DNA of 64,000 bases from Candidatus Marinacidobacterium sp. (lineage in GTDB: Bacteria > Acidobacteriota > Vicinamibacteria > Marinacidobacterales > Marinacidobacteraceae): NCBI GenBank assembly GCA_965220965.1, contig OZ244852.1, forward strand, positions 2,720,001 to 2,784,000. The letters are read 5' to 3'. The position numbers and the translations under genes are program-made. Below are positions 19,718 to 29,465 of the stretch, piece after piece. The first letter of the stretch is position 1, and each line of letters begins with the position of its first letter. Below the pieces are notes generated by a model. The model worked only from the letters and a program-made list of their open reading frames with translations, ran no database searches and had not been told where the DNA came from.

Positions 19718-21255
19718 GCGCGCCCCGGGCGAGCCTCGCCGAGCGGCTGGCGAGAAGCCGGGCGCGGGTCGTCGATTCCCCGGCAAAGCCGGATTCCTCC
19801 CCGGCAAAGCCGGATTCCTCCCCGGCGAAGCCGGATTCCCCGGCAGAGCCGGGTTTCGTTGCAGAGCCGGATTTCGTAGCAAAGCCGGATTCCGTCAACG
19901 CGCCGGTTTCCTCCGGCCCGCCGGTTTCCTCCGGCGCGCCGCCGCGGGCCGGGCGGCCGGACGGCGGTCCGCAGGATGAGGCCGGGCGTCGGCTGGCGCG
20001 CCTGGAGCAGGCCCGCCGGCTGCTGCGCCAGACCGAGGACCGCTGGAAGCGCTCCGTCCGGGAGCGGCCGGTGACCGCGCGCCCCCCGGCCGCGCCCGCA
20101 GTCCCGGTCGGCCCGGCGGTCCGGGAGCCCTTCCGGCGCGAGGACCACGAGTTCCCGCTGGACTCGGACTACGCCGGGGGCGCGCTCGGGCGACTTCCGC
20201 TCGTGAGCCCGGAGCTCGCGGCGCGGCTGAATCTCCAGCCGGACGAGCCCGGCGTGGATCTCGGCCGAGCGGTCTTCGTGGATACCGAGACGAGTGGTCT
20301 GGCGGGTGGGACCGGGACCTTCGCGTTCCTGATCGGCGCCGGCTGGGTCGAGGACGGCCGGTTCCGGATCGCGCAGTTCCTGCTGCGCGACCCCTCGGCC
20401 GAGCGCGCCATGCTGGAGTCGTTCGCCGGTCTGGTGGACGCCGGGCGCGACCTCGTGACCTACAACGGAAAGTCCTTCGACGTCCCTCTGCTGGAGACCC
20501 GCTTCGCGCTGAACGCGCTTCCGGCGCCGTTTCGGCGCTCGGCGCACCTGGATCTGCTGCCTCCGGCGCGCCGCCTGTTCAAGCCGGGTCACGAATCAGC
20601 GAAGCTCGGCCATCTCGAGCGGAGCGTGCTGGGGGTGGAGCGCGACGACGACATCCCGGGCGCCGGGATTCCCCAGGTCTTCTTCGAATTTCTCCACGCC
20701 GGCCACCACCCGCTGATGAAGTCCGTCCTGTCGCACAATCGCTACGACCTGCTGACTCTGGCCGCGCTCGCGGTCCGGGCCGCGGAGCGCCTCGAGGACG
20801 ACTGGGACAGCGAGGACCCGGCGTCGCTCCACGGCGTCGGCGACCACCTCTGGAGGCGCGAGGAGTCCGAACGCGCCGTTTCGTTCCTGGAGCGCGCGCT
20901 CGCCGCCGGGCTGGGGGGCCGCCTCCGCGACCGCTGCCTCCTCCAGCTCGGCGAGCACTGGAAGCGTCTCGATCGCTGGGATGCGGCCTGCGACCTGTGG
21001 GGCCAGGTCGCGGACCTCGACATCCCCGAGCGCCTCGACGCCCTCGTCTGGTTCGCGAAGCACGAGGAGCATCGTCGGGGCGACTTCGGCGCCGCGCTAC
21101 TCCATGTCGAGGACGCCCTCGAGCGCCTCTCCCGCGTCCCGCTGCGTCCCGAGCGCCTGCGCGCCTGGCGCGAGTCCCTCGACCATCGCGCGGCCCGCCT
21201 CCGACGCCGCGCTGGCGAGCAGGGCTCTCCGGCGGCGGAGCGACGCGCCGGGTAG
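19714..21255 (+). CDS. RNase H-like DEDD exonuclease with TPR-like C-terminus (MrfB/YprB-like)
   Basis: GTGA overlap with the helicase; VFVDTETSGLAGGTGT, TYNGKSFDVP, HLDLL, DDIPG, HNRYDL. Confidence 0.88.
   Translation: MSAPRASLAERLARSRARVVDSPAKPDSSPAKPDSSPAKPDSPAEPGFVAEPDFVAKPDSVNAPVSSGPPVSSGAPPRAGRPDGGPQDEAGRRLARLEQARRLLRQTEDRWKRSVRERPVTARPPAAPAVPVGPAVREPFRREDHEFPLDSDYAGGALGRLPLVSPELAARLNLQPDEPGVDLGRAVFVDTETSGLAGGTGTFAFLIGAGWVEDGRFRIAQFLLRDPSAERAMLESFAGLVDAGRDLVTYNGKSFDVPLLETRFALNALPAPFRRSAHLDLLPPARRLFKPGHESAKLGHLERSVLGVERDDDIPGAGIPQVFFEFLHAGHHPLMKSVLSHNRYDLLTLAALAVRAAERLEDDWDSEDPASLHGVGDHLWRREESERAVSFLERALAAGLGGRLRDRCLLQLGEHWKRLDRWDAACDLWGQVADLDIPERLDALVWFAKHEEHRRGDFGAALLHVEDALERLSRVPLRPERLRAWRESLDHRAARLRRRAGEQGSPAAERRAG
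19774..19935 (+). repeat. In-frame degenerate tandem repeat (21/18-bp units) in the exonuclease 5' region
   Basis: ccggcaaagccggattcctcc-type units encoding DSPAKP/DSSPAKP/FVAEP, followed by ccggtttcctccggc twice. Confidence 0.85.
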
Positions 21256-21269
21256 GGCGCGCCCCGGCC

Positions 21270-22622
21270 TCAGCGGGCCCCGACGCCGCGGAGGTCCGCC
21301 GTCGAGGGCGGCCGCGTCCCGCGCAGTCGGTCGGCGGTCGCCTCCACCTCGCGGAAGGCGCGGAGCAGGTTGTTCGCGGCGATCGCCTCGAGGTCGCTCC
21401 TCGACCAGCCGCGGCGCAGCAGTTCGGCGAAGAGAACCGGGAAACGGCTCACGTACTCGAGTCCCTCGACCATCGAAGGGCCACCCGGGTCGTAGTAGTC
21501 GGAGCCGATGCCGATGTGCTCCACGCCGGCGACGTCCCGGATGTGCTCGATATGCATGGCCACATCGGAGACCGTCCCCCGGGGCATCGGGTGGTCCGCC
21601 TCCCAGCGCGCGACGCCCTCCGCGACCGCATCGTCATCGACGGGGAACGCGGCGCGGAGGCGTTCGAGTTCGCGGTGGCGGCGGGCGCCCCAGACGGGTT
21701 CGTACGCGCCGAGCCCCATGGCGGCGCGATCCTCTTCGGCCTCGATGCCGGTGCGGGCCAGCCACTCGGGCGGGGTGGGGACCGTGTAGCCGGGGATGAA
21801 ATCCACCATGACGACCCCGCCGTTGTCGCTCACCCGCCGGAGCACATCGTCCGGGACGTTGCGCGGGTGGGCGTTCACGGCGCGCGCGCCCGAGTGGGAG
21901 AAGAGGACCGGCGCCTCGCTCACCCGGAGGGCGTCGCGCATCGTCTCGGCGCTTACGTGGGACAGGTCCACGAACATGCCGAGACGGTTCATCTCCCGCA
22001 CGACCTCTTCGCCGAACGATGAGAGGCCCCGGTGGCGCGGGGCGTCGGTCGCGGCGTCGGCCCAGTCGTGGGTCGCGAAGTGGGTCAGCGTCATGTAGCG
22101 GGCGCCCAGGTCGTAGAGCATCCGGAGCGCGGCGGTGGAGCCCTCGATGGCGTGGCCCCCCTCGACCCCGATCAGCGAGGCGATCCGACCCTCCCGGTGC
22201 GCCCGCACGATGTCGTCCGCCGTCGTGGCGAAGGCGAAGTCGTCGTAGCGGTCCACGAAGCGGTGGATCACGTCGATCTCCCGAAGGACCTGGCGGAGCG
22301 ATTCGCCGCTCGCGATGTAGTCCACATCCACGTACGCCGACCAGAACTGGGCGCCGACGGCGCCCTCGCGCAGGCGCGGAATGTCGGCCGGCAGCTCCGG
22401 CTGGACCCGGCTCAGGTCGGCGCGGGCGTCCTCGAGGTCTCCCCGAACCACCTCGAGCAGCGAACTCGGAAGGTCGTTGTGGCCGTCGGTGAACGGGACG
22501 CCGCGGAGCAGTTCGCGGGCGCGCTCGACGAGTTCCGGCGTGATCCCGGGGGGCAGCGGCTGGGCGGCGGCGAGAGGGGTCATGGCGAGCGAAACGAGCA
22601 GGACCAGAAGGCGAAACGGCAT
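21270..22622 (-). CDS. Membrane dipeptidase (M19 family), secreted
   Basis: Signal peptide; DGHNDLP, GAQFWSAY, GVEGGH, YMTLTH, DLSHVS, SHSGA, HPRNVPD, HIGIGSD. Confidence 0.95.
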   Translation of the reverse strand: MPFRLLVLLVSLAMTPLAAAQPLPPGITPELVERARELLRGVPFTDGHNDLPSSLLEVVRGDLEDARADLSRVQPELPADIPRLREGAVGAQFWSAYVDVDYIASGESLRQVLREIDVIHRFVDRYDDFAFATTADDIVRAHREGRIASLIGVEGGHAIEGSTAALRMLYDLGARYMTLTHFATHDWADAATDAPRHRGLSSFGEEVVREMNRLGMFVDLSHVSAETMRDALRVSEAPVLFSHSGARAVNAHPRNVPDDVLRRVSDNGGVVMVDFIPGYTVPTPPEWLARTGIEAEEDRAAMGLGAYEPVWGARRHRELERLRAAFPVDDDAVAEGVARWEADHPMPRGTVSDVAMHIEHIRDVAGVEHIGIGSDYYDPGGPSMVEGLEYVSRFPVLFAELLRRGWSRSDLEAIAANNLLRAFREVEATADRLRGTRPPSTADLRGVGAR

Positions 22623-22706
22623 GGCGCTCCTTCCCGGTTTCGGGGGATCCCGAATGTACCTTCGGAGGCTCGCCCCGGCTTCCGCTTCGCGGCAGCCTGT
22701 CTCGCG

Positions 22707-22958
22707 CTACCCCCCGCTGACCGGGGGGAGGAAGGCCAGTTCGTCCCCGGGCTCGACCGGGGTGTCGCGCGGGACGAATCGCTGGTTGCGCGCCACGCTG
22801 ATCGAGCGGTCGAGCGGCGCCAGGCCCGGGCAGTCGCGCACCAGCCCGCTCCAGACCTCGGCGGCGGTGAGACCGGGGCGGTGCTCCACTTCCATCTGTC
22901 GGCGGCCAAAGGCCTCGCGGGCCGCAGCGAACAGGAGAACGGTGACCGGAGCGCTCAC
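22707..22958 (-). CDS. moaD: Molybdopterin synthase sulfur carrier subunit
   Basis: VLLFAAARE..., C-terminal GDELAFLPPVSGG; GTG start overlaps the moaE stop. Confidence 0.92.
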   Translation of the reverse strand: MSAPVTVLLFAAAREAFGRRQMEVEHRPGLTAAEVWSGLVRDCPGLAPLDRSISVARNQRFVPRDTPVEPGDELAFLPPVSGG

Positions 22959-23386
22959 CCGGTGACCGGCTCCTTCGGGCCCTCGACCCACACGTCGCCT
23001 CCCTCGAAGAACTCGCGCTTCCAGATGGGAGCGATGCGCTTGATCTCGTCCATCGTGTGTTTTCCGGCAAGGAAGGCGGCGCCCCGGTGACCCGAGGCGA
23101 CCACCACGACGACGCTCGCTTCTCCGACCTCGACCCGGCCAAGGCGATGGTGGATCCGGATCGCCGAGACGCCGAAGCGCTCCCGCGCGGCGTCCGCGAT
23201 CCGCTCGAGGACCGGAATCGCCATCGCCTCGTAGGCCTCGTACTCCAGATGGAGCACATCGCGCCCCTTGTTCCTGCCCCGGACGACCCCGGAGAACACG
23301 ACCACCGCCCCGTCCGCCGCCCCGGTGATTCCGCGCGCGATCCCGGCCTCGTCGAGCGGGTCGGTCGTCAGCCGGAACGGTTCCAC
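22955..23386 (-). CDS. moaE: Molybdopterin synthase catalytic subunit
   Basis: GAVVVFSGVVR, LEYEAYEAMA, HRLG, HRGAAF, PIWKRE. Confidence 0.95.
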   Translation of the reverse strand: MEPFRLTTDPLDEAGIARGITGAADGAVVVFSGVVRGRNKGRDVLHLEYEAYEAMAIPVLERIADAARERFGVSAIRIHHRLGRVEVGEASVVVVVASGHRGAAFLAGKHTMDEIKRIAPIWKREFFEGGDVWVEGPKEPVTG

Positions 23387-23390
23387 GGCG

Positions 23391-24194
23391 TCAGTTTCCT
23401 ACAAGACCGCCCGGGAGGTGTCCGAGGGGCCCGTGGCCGGCGCCGAGCGGCGCCGCCCGCTCCATCGCCCTCCGCAGGTAGTCGCGCGCGCCGGCCACCG
23501 CCGCCCGCAGCGTCGCCCCCCGCGCGAGGCGCGCCGTGACCGCCGCCGACAGCGTGCAGCCGGTGCCGTGGGTCGATCGGGTGTGGATGCGGGGGCTCCG
23601 GAACTCGTGGATCTCGCCGTCCGCGAAGAGCAGATCCACGACCTCGTCGCGCTCCAGGTGGCCGCCCTTGACGAGAACCGCGCCCGCCCCCAGCGCGAGC
23701 AGCCGCTCTCCCGCGGCGCGCATCCCCGCCTCGTCCTCGACCGGGCGCCCGGTGAGGTCGGCGGCTTCCGGCAGGTTCGGGGTCAGGAGCGCGGCGCGCG
23801 GGAGGAGCTCCTCCCGCACCGCCGCGACCGCGTCGTCGCGGAGCAGCCGGTGGCCGCTCTTCGCCACCATGACCGGGTCCACGATGACCGGGCAGGCCAG
23901 CCGCTCGAGCGAGCCGACGACCGCCAGGATGATCTCCGCCGAGGACAGCATCCCGGTCTTGGCGGCGAGGGGGGCCAGGTCCTCCGCCACCGCATCGATC
24001 TGGGCGGTGACGATCTCCGGACGGATCTCCTGGACGCCGGTCACCCCCAGCGTGTTCTGCGCGGTGACTGCGGTGAGCGCCGAAACCCCGTAGACGCCGT
24101 GCGCCGCGAAGGTCTTCAGATCCGCCTGGATCCCGGCGCCGCCCCCCGAGTCGGACCCGGCGATGGTCAGCGCCACCGGAACCGCGGTGCTCAC
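23391..24194 (-). CDS. thiD: Hydroxymethylpyrimidine/phosphomethylpyrimidine kinase
   Basis: [57 protein letters not shown]. Confidence 0.96.
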   Translation of the reverse strand: MSTAVPVALTIAGSDSGGGAGIQADLKTFAAHGVYGVSALTAVTAQNTLGVTGVQEIRPEIVTAQIDAVAEDLAPLAAKTGMLSSAEIILAVVGSLERLACPVIVDPVMVAKSGHRLLRDDAVAAVREELLPRAALLTPNLPEAADLTGRPVEDEAGMRAAGERLLALGAGAVLVKGGHLERDEVVDLLFADGEIHEFRSPRIHTRSTHGTGCTLSAAVTARLARGATLRAAVAGARDYLRRAMERAAPLGAGHGPLGHLPGGLVGN

Positions 24195-24228
24195 GCGGCC
24201 CTTGTCCGGGCCGCCGCGCACGGACGGA

Positions 24229-25578
24229 TCAGGAAGAGGCCGTCCGGAACGAGAGCACCCGGACGGCGTCCTCGCCCCAGACGGCGGCGAGGGGATCGGG
24301 CTCGAGCTGCTGGCCGTGCTCGTCCTCGATCTCCCGATAGAGGATGAGTCGAAGTTCCCGTTCCGGATCGAGCATCCCGTTCGGGTTCACCACCAGCGTG
24401 CGGCTGCCCTCCTCGTAGGTGACTTCCAGCTCGGGGAACGGGTTCTCGTCCGGCTCGTCGTCATAGAGGAGGTCGACCGATGCGTGGAAGCTCTGCTCGA
24501 CCATCCGGTTGGAGAACTGGACGCGGAAGCTGGCGTCCAGCGGGATCTCGCGCTCGCCGTCGAGCGGCAGCGCGAAGACGATCTCCAGCGGACCGAAGTT
24601 CGCCTCGCGCTCCTCGCGCTCGGCGACCCGGATGTCCACCGGCTCGAGGGCCTCGTTCCCCGGGTCGTCGGCCATCTCGATCCGTTCGGCCCGGAGGTAG
24701 ACCTTGCCGTCCGCGAGCCACGGCCGTCCGAAGACCCGGAGCCACTTGTTCGTGTCTCTCCGGCGCTTCGGGTCGAGGCGGAACCCCTGGCCCGCCGGCC
24801 GCATTCCGGTGACCCAGATCGCGTCGGTCGCGGTCTTGAGGACGAAGTCGCGCGGCGTCTTCTTGTCGCGGATGGACAGGTCGCCGTAGAGGTTGTTGCC
24901 GCGGAACTTGCCCACGATCTCGATGCGGTGGCTCAGCCAGGGATCCGGCTCCGCGGTCAGCTCGCCGATGTCCACCGCCGGGACGCTGCCGGCTTCGACC
25001 TTGACGGCGTCGCCGATCTCCATCTCGGCGCGGGCCTCGCGCTCGCGCCTCGTAGCGAGGTCCTCGGTGGCGCGGATCGGGGTGACCGCGACCGCCGCCA
25101 GATAGCCCTCGGTCCGGGTGTCCATCGAGTTCTTCCAGTTGGGGTCGTACGGGTAGTTGCGGAGGACCGGGTGCGACCGGAGCGTGAAGTCGTCCACCAT
25201 CCTCGTTGAGAAGAACCAACCCTCCACTTCCAGGTCGTTCCCGCCGACGAAGGCCAGCTCCGAGCCGCTCATGTAGGACATGGCCATCAGGATCTCGGCC
25301 ATCGGGGCGTCAGGGTCTTCGAACACCTGGACCCGGAAGTCGTTTCCGTAACCGAATCCCAGGCGTCCCCGCACGACGACCGCCCGTTCGTGGTAGCGCG
25401 AAGGCGCGCGGGCCAGATCGGCGACCGTCACCGCCTCCGGCTGGTCGGGGAAGTAGCCGAACTGGGCCGCGAACGCCGCCGCCGCGGTGAGCGCTCCGGC
25501 GCCCAGCAGCCCAGCCGCGGCGGTGCGGATCAGCCGCAAAGATGCTGAAGCGGAGCGGACCTGGCGAACGGCGAACAC
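24229..25578 (-). CDS. Exported protein with two OB-fold-like repeats and a C-terminal Ig-like (Big_5-like) domain
   Basis: Signal peptide [16 protein letters not shown]; repeats [21 protein letters not shown] and [21 protein letters not shown]; [22 protein letters not shown]. Start uncertain. Confidence 0.6.
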   Translation of the reverse strand: MFAVRQVRSASASLRLIRTAAAGLLGAGALTAAAAFAAQFGYFPDQPEAVTVADLARAPSRYHERAVVVRGRLGFGYGNDFRVQVFEDPDAPMAEILMAMSYMSGSELAFVGGNDLEVEGWFFSTRMVDDFTLRSHPVLRNYPYDPNWKNSMDTRTEGYLAAVAVTPIRATEDLATRREREARAEMEIGDAVKVEAGSVPAVDIGELTAEPDPWLSHRIEIVGKFRGNNLYGDLSIRDKKTPRDFVLKTATDAIWVTGMRPAGQGFRLDPKRRRDTNKWLRVFGRPWLADGKVYLRAERIEMADDPGNEALEPVDIRVAEREEREANFGPLEIVFALPLDGEREIPLDASFRVQFSNRMVEQSFHASVDLLYDDEPDENPFPELEVTYEEGSRTLVVNPNGMLDPERELRLILYREIEDEHGQQLEPDPLAAVWGEDAVRVLSFRTASS

Positions 25579-25738
25579 GGCTCTCGCATCGTAGCAGGGC
25601 CGGTACCACCTCTGCCGGAAACCCACAACGGCGGACCCGCCGGCGCGGCGGGCGACTCCGCCGACCGTTCCGGGGGTCGGATGTCCCTGGGATCCGTCAC
25701 AATGAACCCGGTTCGGGAAGGTCCGAACGCCTTCGATC

Positions 25739-26245
25739 GTGCCGGATCCCACCCTGCCCCGGAAGCCGCCGCCCCTGCGCCTGACCCGGGCGCCCGCCGT
25801 GACCGAGGCGGAGCGCCGGCAATTCGAGGCGGCCGTGGCGGATACGCCGTTCCACCCCTCACCGGGAGTGCTGGCGGCGCTGGCGGCGCGCGAGGGGGCG
25901 AGGCGCCCGGTCACGTCGCCCCATGCGCTGTTGCGTGATCTGCAGGCGGGCCGGCGACGGGTGGCGGACGATTGCGAGATCTCGCTGCGGCAACGCACCC
26001 AGGCCGAGGCGCGGGATCTCCTCGAGGGGTTCCTGCGGGCGCGACGGGTGGCGGGGGCGCGTTTCGTGCGGGTGATCCACGGCAAGGGCTACGGCTCGCC
26101 CGGCGGGCGCGCGGTGCTCGCGCAGCGGGTTCCCGAGTGGCTCGCGGCGTGGAAGCCCGAACTGGTGACGGCCTGGGGCGAGGCGCGGCGGGAGGACGGC
26201 GGGTCCGGGGCGCTCTACGTCGTGCTGGCCGGTTCGGAACGCTGA
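25739..26245 (+). CDS. Smr/MutS2 domain endonuclease
   Basis: [16 protein letters not shown] and DGGSGALYV Smr motifs. Confidence 0.9.
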   Translation: MPDPTLPRKPPPLRLTRAPAVTEAERRQFEAAVADTPFHPSPGVLAALAAREGARRPVTSPHALLRDLQAGRRRVADDCEISLRQRTQAEARDLLEGFLRARRVAGARFVRVIHGKGYGSPGGRAVLAQRVPEWLAAWKPELVTAWGEARREDGGSGALYVVLAGSER

Positions 26246-26290
26246 CCGGCGAAACGAACCGCCGGGCGCGCCACGCCTAACATTGGCGCC

Positions 26291-27694
26291 ATGAGTGACA
26301 CCCGCGAATTCCTGGACCGGTTCTGGGAGGAGGAAATCCTCCCCTCGCTGAGCGAGTACATCGCGGTCCCGGCGGTCTCCGTGCTGTTCGACGCCGACTG
26401 GGAAGCCAACGGGCACATGGAGGCGGCGCTCGGGCTCGCGACCGCCTTCGTCGAGAAGCATGCTCCGGACGACGCCACGCTCCACGTCGGGCGGATCCCG
26501 GGGCGGACCCCGCTCCTGCTGCTCGACTGCCCGGGCGAGGCCGAGGGCTCGATCCTGATGTACGGCCACCTCGACAAGCAGCCGGAAATGGTCGGCTGGC
26601 GCGAGGGTCTCGGCCCCTGGTCGCCCGTGCGCGAAGGCGACCGCCTCTACGGCCGCGGCGGGGCCGATGATGGCTACGCGCTCTATGCGGCGCTCGCGTC
26701 GCTCAAGGCGGTCGCCCGCGAAGGAAAGAAGCGGGCCCGGGTCCTCGTTCTGATCGAGTTCTCCGAGGAGAGCGGATCCCCCGACCTGCCCGCCTACATC
26801 GAGGAGTTCGCCGGGGTCATCGGCAGCCCCGACCTCGTGATCTGTCTCGATTCGGGGGCCGGGAACTACGACCAGCTCTGGTCCACCAACTCGCTGCGCG
26901 GCATCGTGGGGGGGACGCTGCGGGCCGATGTGCTCACCGAGGGCGTCCATTCCGGGGATGCGGGCGGGGTCGTTCCCACGCCCTTCCTCGTGCTCCGGAA
27001 GCTCCTCGACCGGCTGGAGGACCCGGCGAACGACCGGATGACCCCTCCGTCCCTCCACGTCCCGATTCCGGAGCAGCGGATCGCGCAGGCGGAGGCCGCG
27101 GCCGAGACGCTCGGCCCCGACGCCTTCGACCGGTTTCCCTGGGTCGAGGGCTGTGGTCCTGCGAACCTGCCGATGCGCGACCTGATCCTGAACCGGACCT
27201 GGAGGTCGAACCTGGCGATCACCGGCGCGGGGGGGCTGCCGCCGGTCGAGAAGGCGGGGAACGTCCTGCTTCCGCAGGTGACGCTTAACTTCTCGATCCG
27301 CATGCCGCCGACGTCGGACCCTCACGCCGTCCAGCGCGAGATCCGCGACCTGGTGGAGAAGGATCCGCCGTTCGGGGCGAAGGTGTCCGTCCACTTCCAC
27401 GAGCCGGCGCAGGGATGGAACGCTCCGCCGCTCGCGTCCTGGCTGGACGAGGCTCTCGACGAGGCCTCGAACGAGGCGTTCGGGAAGCCCGCGATCCACA
27501 TGGGTGAGGGCGGCTCGATCCCGTTCATGGCGATGCTCGGCGCCCGGTTTCCGGAGGCGCAGTTCGTGGTGACCGGCGTGCTCGGTCCCGGTTCGAACGC
27601 CCACGGGCCGAACGAGTTCCTCCACGTGGCCTACGCCAAGCGCCTGACCGGGGCGGTGGCCACCGTGATCGCCCGCCACGCCGAGCGCGCCTGA
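26291..27694 (+). CDS. M20/M25/M40 metallopeptidase (dipeptidase-like)
   Basis: [42 protein letters not shown]. Confidence 0.95.
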   Translation: MSDTREFLDRFWEEEILPSLSEYIAVPAVSVLFDADWEANGHMEAALGLATAFVEKHAPDDATLHVGRIPGRTPLLLLDCPGEAEGSILMYGHLDKQPEMVGWREGLGPWSPVREGDRLYGRGGADDGYALYAALASLKAVAREGKKRARVLVLIEFSEESGSPDLPAYIEEFAGVIGSPDLVICLDSGAGNYDQLWSTNSLRGIVGGTLRADVLTEGVHSGDAGGVVPTPFLVLRKLLDRLEDPANDRMTPPSLHVPIPEQRIAQAEAAAETLGPDAFDRFPWVEGCGPANLPMRDLILNRTWRSNLAITGAGGLPPVEKAGNVLLPQVTLNFSIRMPPTSDPHAVQREIRDLVEKDPPFGAKVSVHFHEPAQGWNAPPLASWLDEALDEASNEAFGKPAIHMGEGGSIPFMAMLGARFPEAQFVVTGVLGPGSNAHGPNEFLHVAYAKRLTGAVATVIARHAERA

Positions 27695-27740
27695 CCGGCC
27701 TCCCGGGACACTCCGCTCCGGGACATTCATGGAATGCCGT

Positions 27741-27770
27741 TTGCTTGGTTCGGTTCCGAGCGCATAACGT
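27741..27770 (+). promoter_or_regulatory. Putative sigma70 promoter for the poly-GD/hydroxylase pair
   Basis: TTGCTT-N18-TAACGT in a relatively AT-rich intergenic stretch. Confidence 0.4.
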
Positions 27771-27950
27771 GAGGCCGGGAAGAACGTGAGACCGGGAAGG
27801 ATGATGCCGCCGAGGCCGAAGCAGTCGTTTTCTGTTCCGGCGGGAAGGCTGTGCGCCCCGCGCGAGGGAGACTGGCGCAGGTCGGCCCTCGATCCCCGGA
27901 CGAGGGCGTCCGGCGCCGGATCAGCCTCGGACCCCTTCGGAGCGGCGGAC

Positions 27951-28649
27951 GTGGGACTCCCGCCGCGCTCGATCTGGCGCGCGCTGGTGGCGTTGCTGAT
28001 CCTGTTGGCCCTCGTCAGTTGGAGTTGCGCCGTTGACGGGAATCCGTTGGCGCCGGCGACCCCGACGCCCGCGAACCGGGCGGCGCTGCTCGCCGGCTTC
28101 GCCGCTGGCGGCGGGGATGGGGACGGCGACGGCGACGGTGATGGCGATGGCGACGGAGACGGGGATGGCGACGGAGACGGGGACGGGGACGGTGATGGCG
28201 ATGGAGACGGCGACGGCGATGGGGATGGAGATGGGGACGGCGATGGCGACGGGGACGGCGATGGAGATGGGGACGGAGACGGGGACGGCGATGGAGATGG
28301 GGACGGAGACGGGGACGGCGATGGCGACGGTGATGGCGACGGCGACGGGGATGGCGACGGGGACGGGGATGGCGACGGGGACGGGGATGGCGACGGCGAT
28401 GGAGATGGCGACGGCGATGGAGATGGCGACGGCGACGGAGATGGCGACGGCGACGGGGATGGCGACGGAGACGGGGACGGCGACGGCGATGGAGACGGGG
28501 ACGGCGACGGAGACGGCGATGGTGACGGGGACGGCGATGGAGACGGGGACGGCGATGGTGACGGGGACGGCGATGGTGACGGGGACGGCGACGGCGACGG
28601 GGACGGTGATGGCGACGGCGATGGGGATGGAGACGGCGACGACTGGTAG
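27951..28649 (+). CDS. Exported, possibly lipid-anchored (Gly-Asp)88 repeat protein
   Basis: GTG start 8 nt after GGAG (alternative starts 27786/27802); signal [19 protein letters not shown]; short linker, then (GD)88-D-W-stop. Confidence 0.75.
   Translation: MGLPPRSIWRALVALLILLALVSWSCAVDGNPLAPATPTPANRAALLAGFAAGGGDGDGDGDGDGDGDGDGDGDGDGDGDGDGDGDGDGDGDGDGDGDGDGDGDGDGDGDGDGDGDGDGDGDGDGDGDGDGDGDGDGDGDGDGDGDGDGDGDGDGDGDGDGDGDGDGDGDGDGDGDGDGDGDGDGDGDGDGDGDGDGDGDGDGDGDGDGDGDGDGDGDGDGDGDGDGDGDDW
28113..28640 (+). repeat. 528-bp hexamer repeat (GGN GAY)88
   Basis: Only third codon positions vary (ggc/ggg/gga/ggt; gac/gat); no indels and no GAR codons. Confidence 0.97.
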
Positions 28650-28664
28650 CGACCTGCCGGGCGG

Positions 28665-29465
28665 TTGGTCGCCGCGGAACCAGGGAGCGGCGCTCCGGCG
28701 CTGGACCACCCGGCGGACACCGGCGCCCGGGAAGGGCGTTCCCCCTCGCCTTTCCTGACCCGGGTGCTCAGCGCCGCGCTGTTCCGTCGGCTCAAGCGAC
28801 GACGCGCTCGTCCCGACGACCCCGCATCAGCCCCGCCGCCAGGGGATTCCCCGAATTTCCTCCGGATCGCTCATGGGATCGATGTGTCGCCGCTGCTTTC
28901 GGAGGTGGCGGCGGCGCCCGACATGTGGCATGCCGACACCAGCCGGCAACGGAAGGTCCGTTGCCAGCGCGACACCCTGAACATCTTCCTGCGCGTGGCC
29001 CGGAAGCCCCTTCCTCCCGGAGCGAAGAACGCCAACGATGTCCATGAGAGCCGGACCGCCCGGTCGGCGGCCATGTTTCCGCGCGCCATGTCCTTCTGTC
29101 GGGAGCTCGCCCGGTCCCGGCGGGCCGAATTGGGCCGCGCCACCCTCGTGTGCCTGAGGCCGGGCGGCTGGGTGCGGCCCCACGTCGACGCCGGCGCCTA
29201 CTACCGGATCCGGGACCGCTTCCACCTCGTCCTGCACAGCCCGGGCGGCAGCCCGCTGACCTCCGGCGGGGACAGCGTCGTGATGCGCGAGGGCGAACTC
29301 TGGGTGTTCAACAACAAGGTGGAACACGAAGCGCGGAATCCCACCGGGGAACCCCGGGTGCACCTCATCTTCGACCTGCTGCCGGCGCCCGGAAGCGGCT
29401 GCTACGCGGCGCTGGCCGGGGAGGCCGGCGCCCGCAGCAGCTTGACCGCCGCGGCCAGCGCGTGA
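28665..29465 (+). CDS. Aspartyl/asparaginyl beta-hydroxylase-family 2OG-Fe(II) dioxygenase
   Basis: [12 protein letters not shown] (HxD), [26 protein letters not shown] (distal His), PRVHLIFD (2OG-binding Arg); start uncertain. Confidence 0.85.
   Translation: MVAAEPGSGAPALDHPADTGAREGRSPSPFLTRVLSAALFRRLKRRRARPDDPASAPPPGDSPNFLRIAHGIDVSPLLSEVAAAPDMWHADTSRQRKVRCQRDTLNIFLRVARKPLPPGAKNANDVHESRTARSAAMFPRAMSFCRELARSRRAELGRATLVCLRPGGWVRPHVDAGAYYRIRDRFHLVLHSPGGSPLTSGGDSVVMREGELWVFNNKVEHEARNPTGEPRVHLIFDLLPAPGSGCYAALAGEAGARSSLTAAASA

Noticed and set aside
17312-21255. Helicase-nuclease pair as an anti-phage system (DISARM DrmAB/Druantia-like)
   Set aside because: Architecture matches MrfAB-type repair genes; no methylase or other defence genes are adjacent.
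28113-28640. Repeat as a CRISPR array or collagen-like gene
   Set aside because: Period is 6 nt with no spacers and no cas genes; it is a dipeptide repeat, not Gly-X-Y.
25859-28795. 978-aa minus-strand ORF with (Ser-Pro)n, and the (MATAT)n and (VAVP)n frames over the repeat
   Set aside because: Shadow frames: the long ORF is antisense to the M20 peptidase and Smr genes, and the codon constraint (GAY only) identifies the GD frame as coding.
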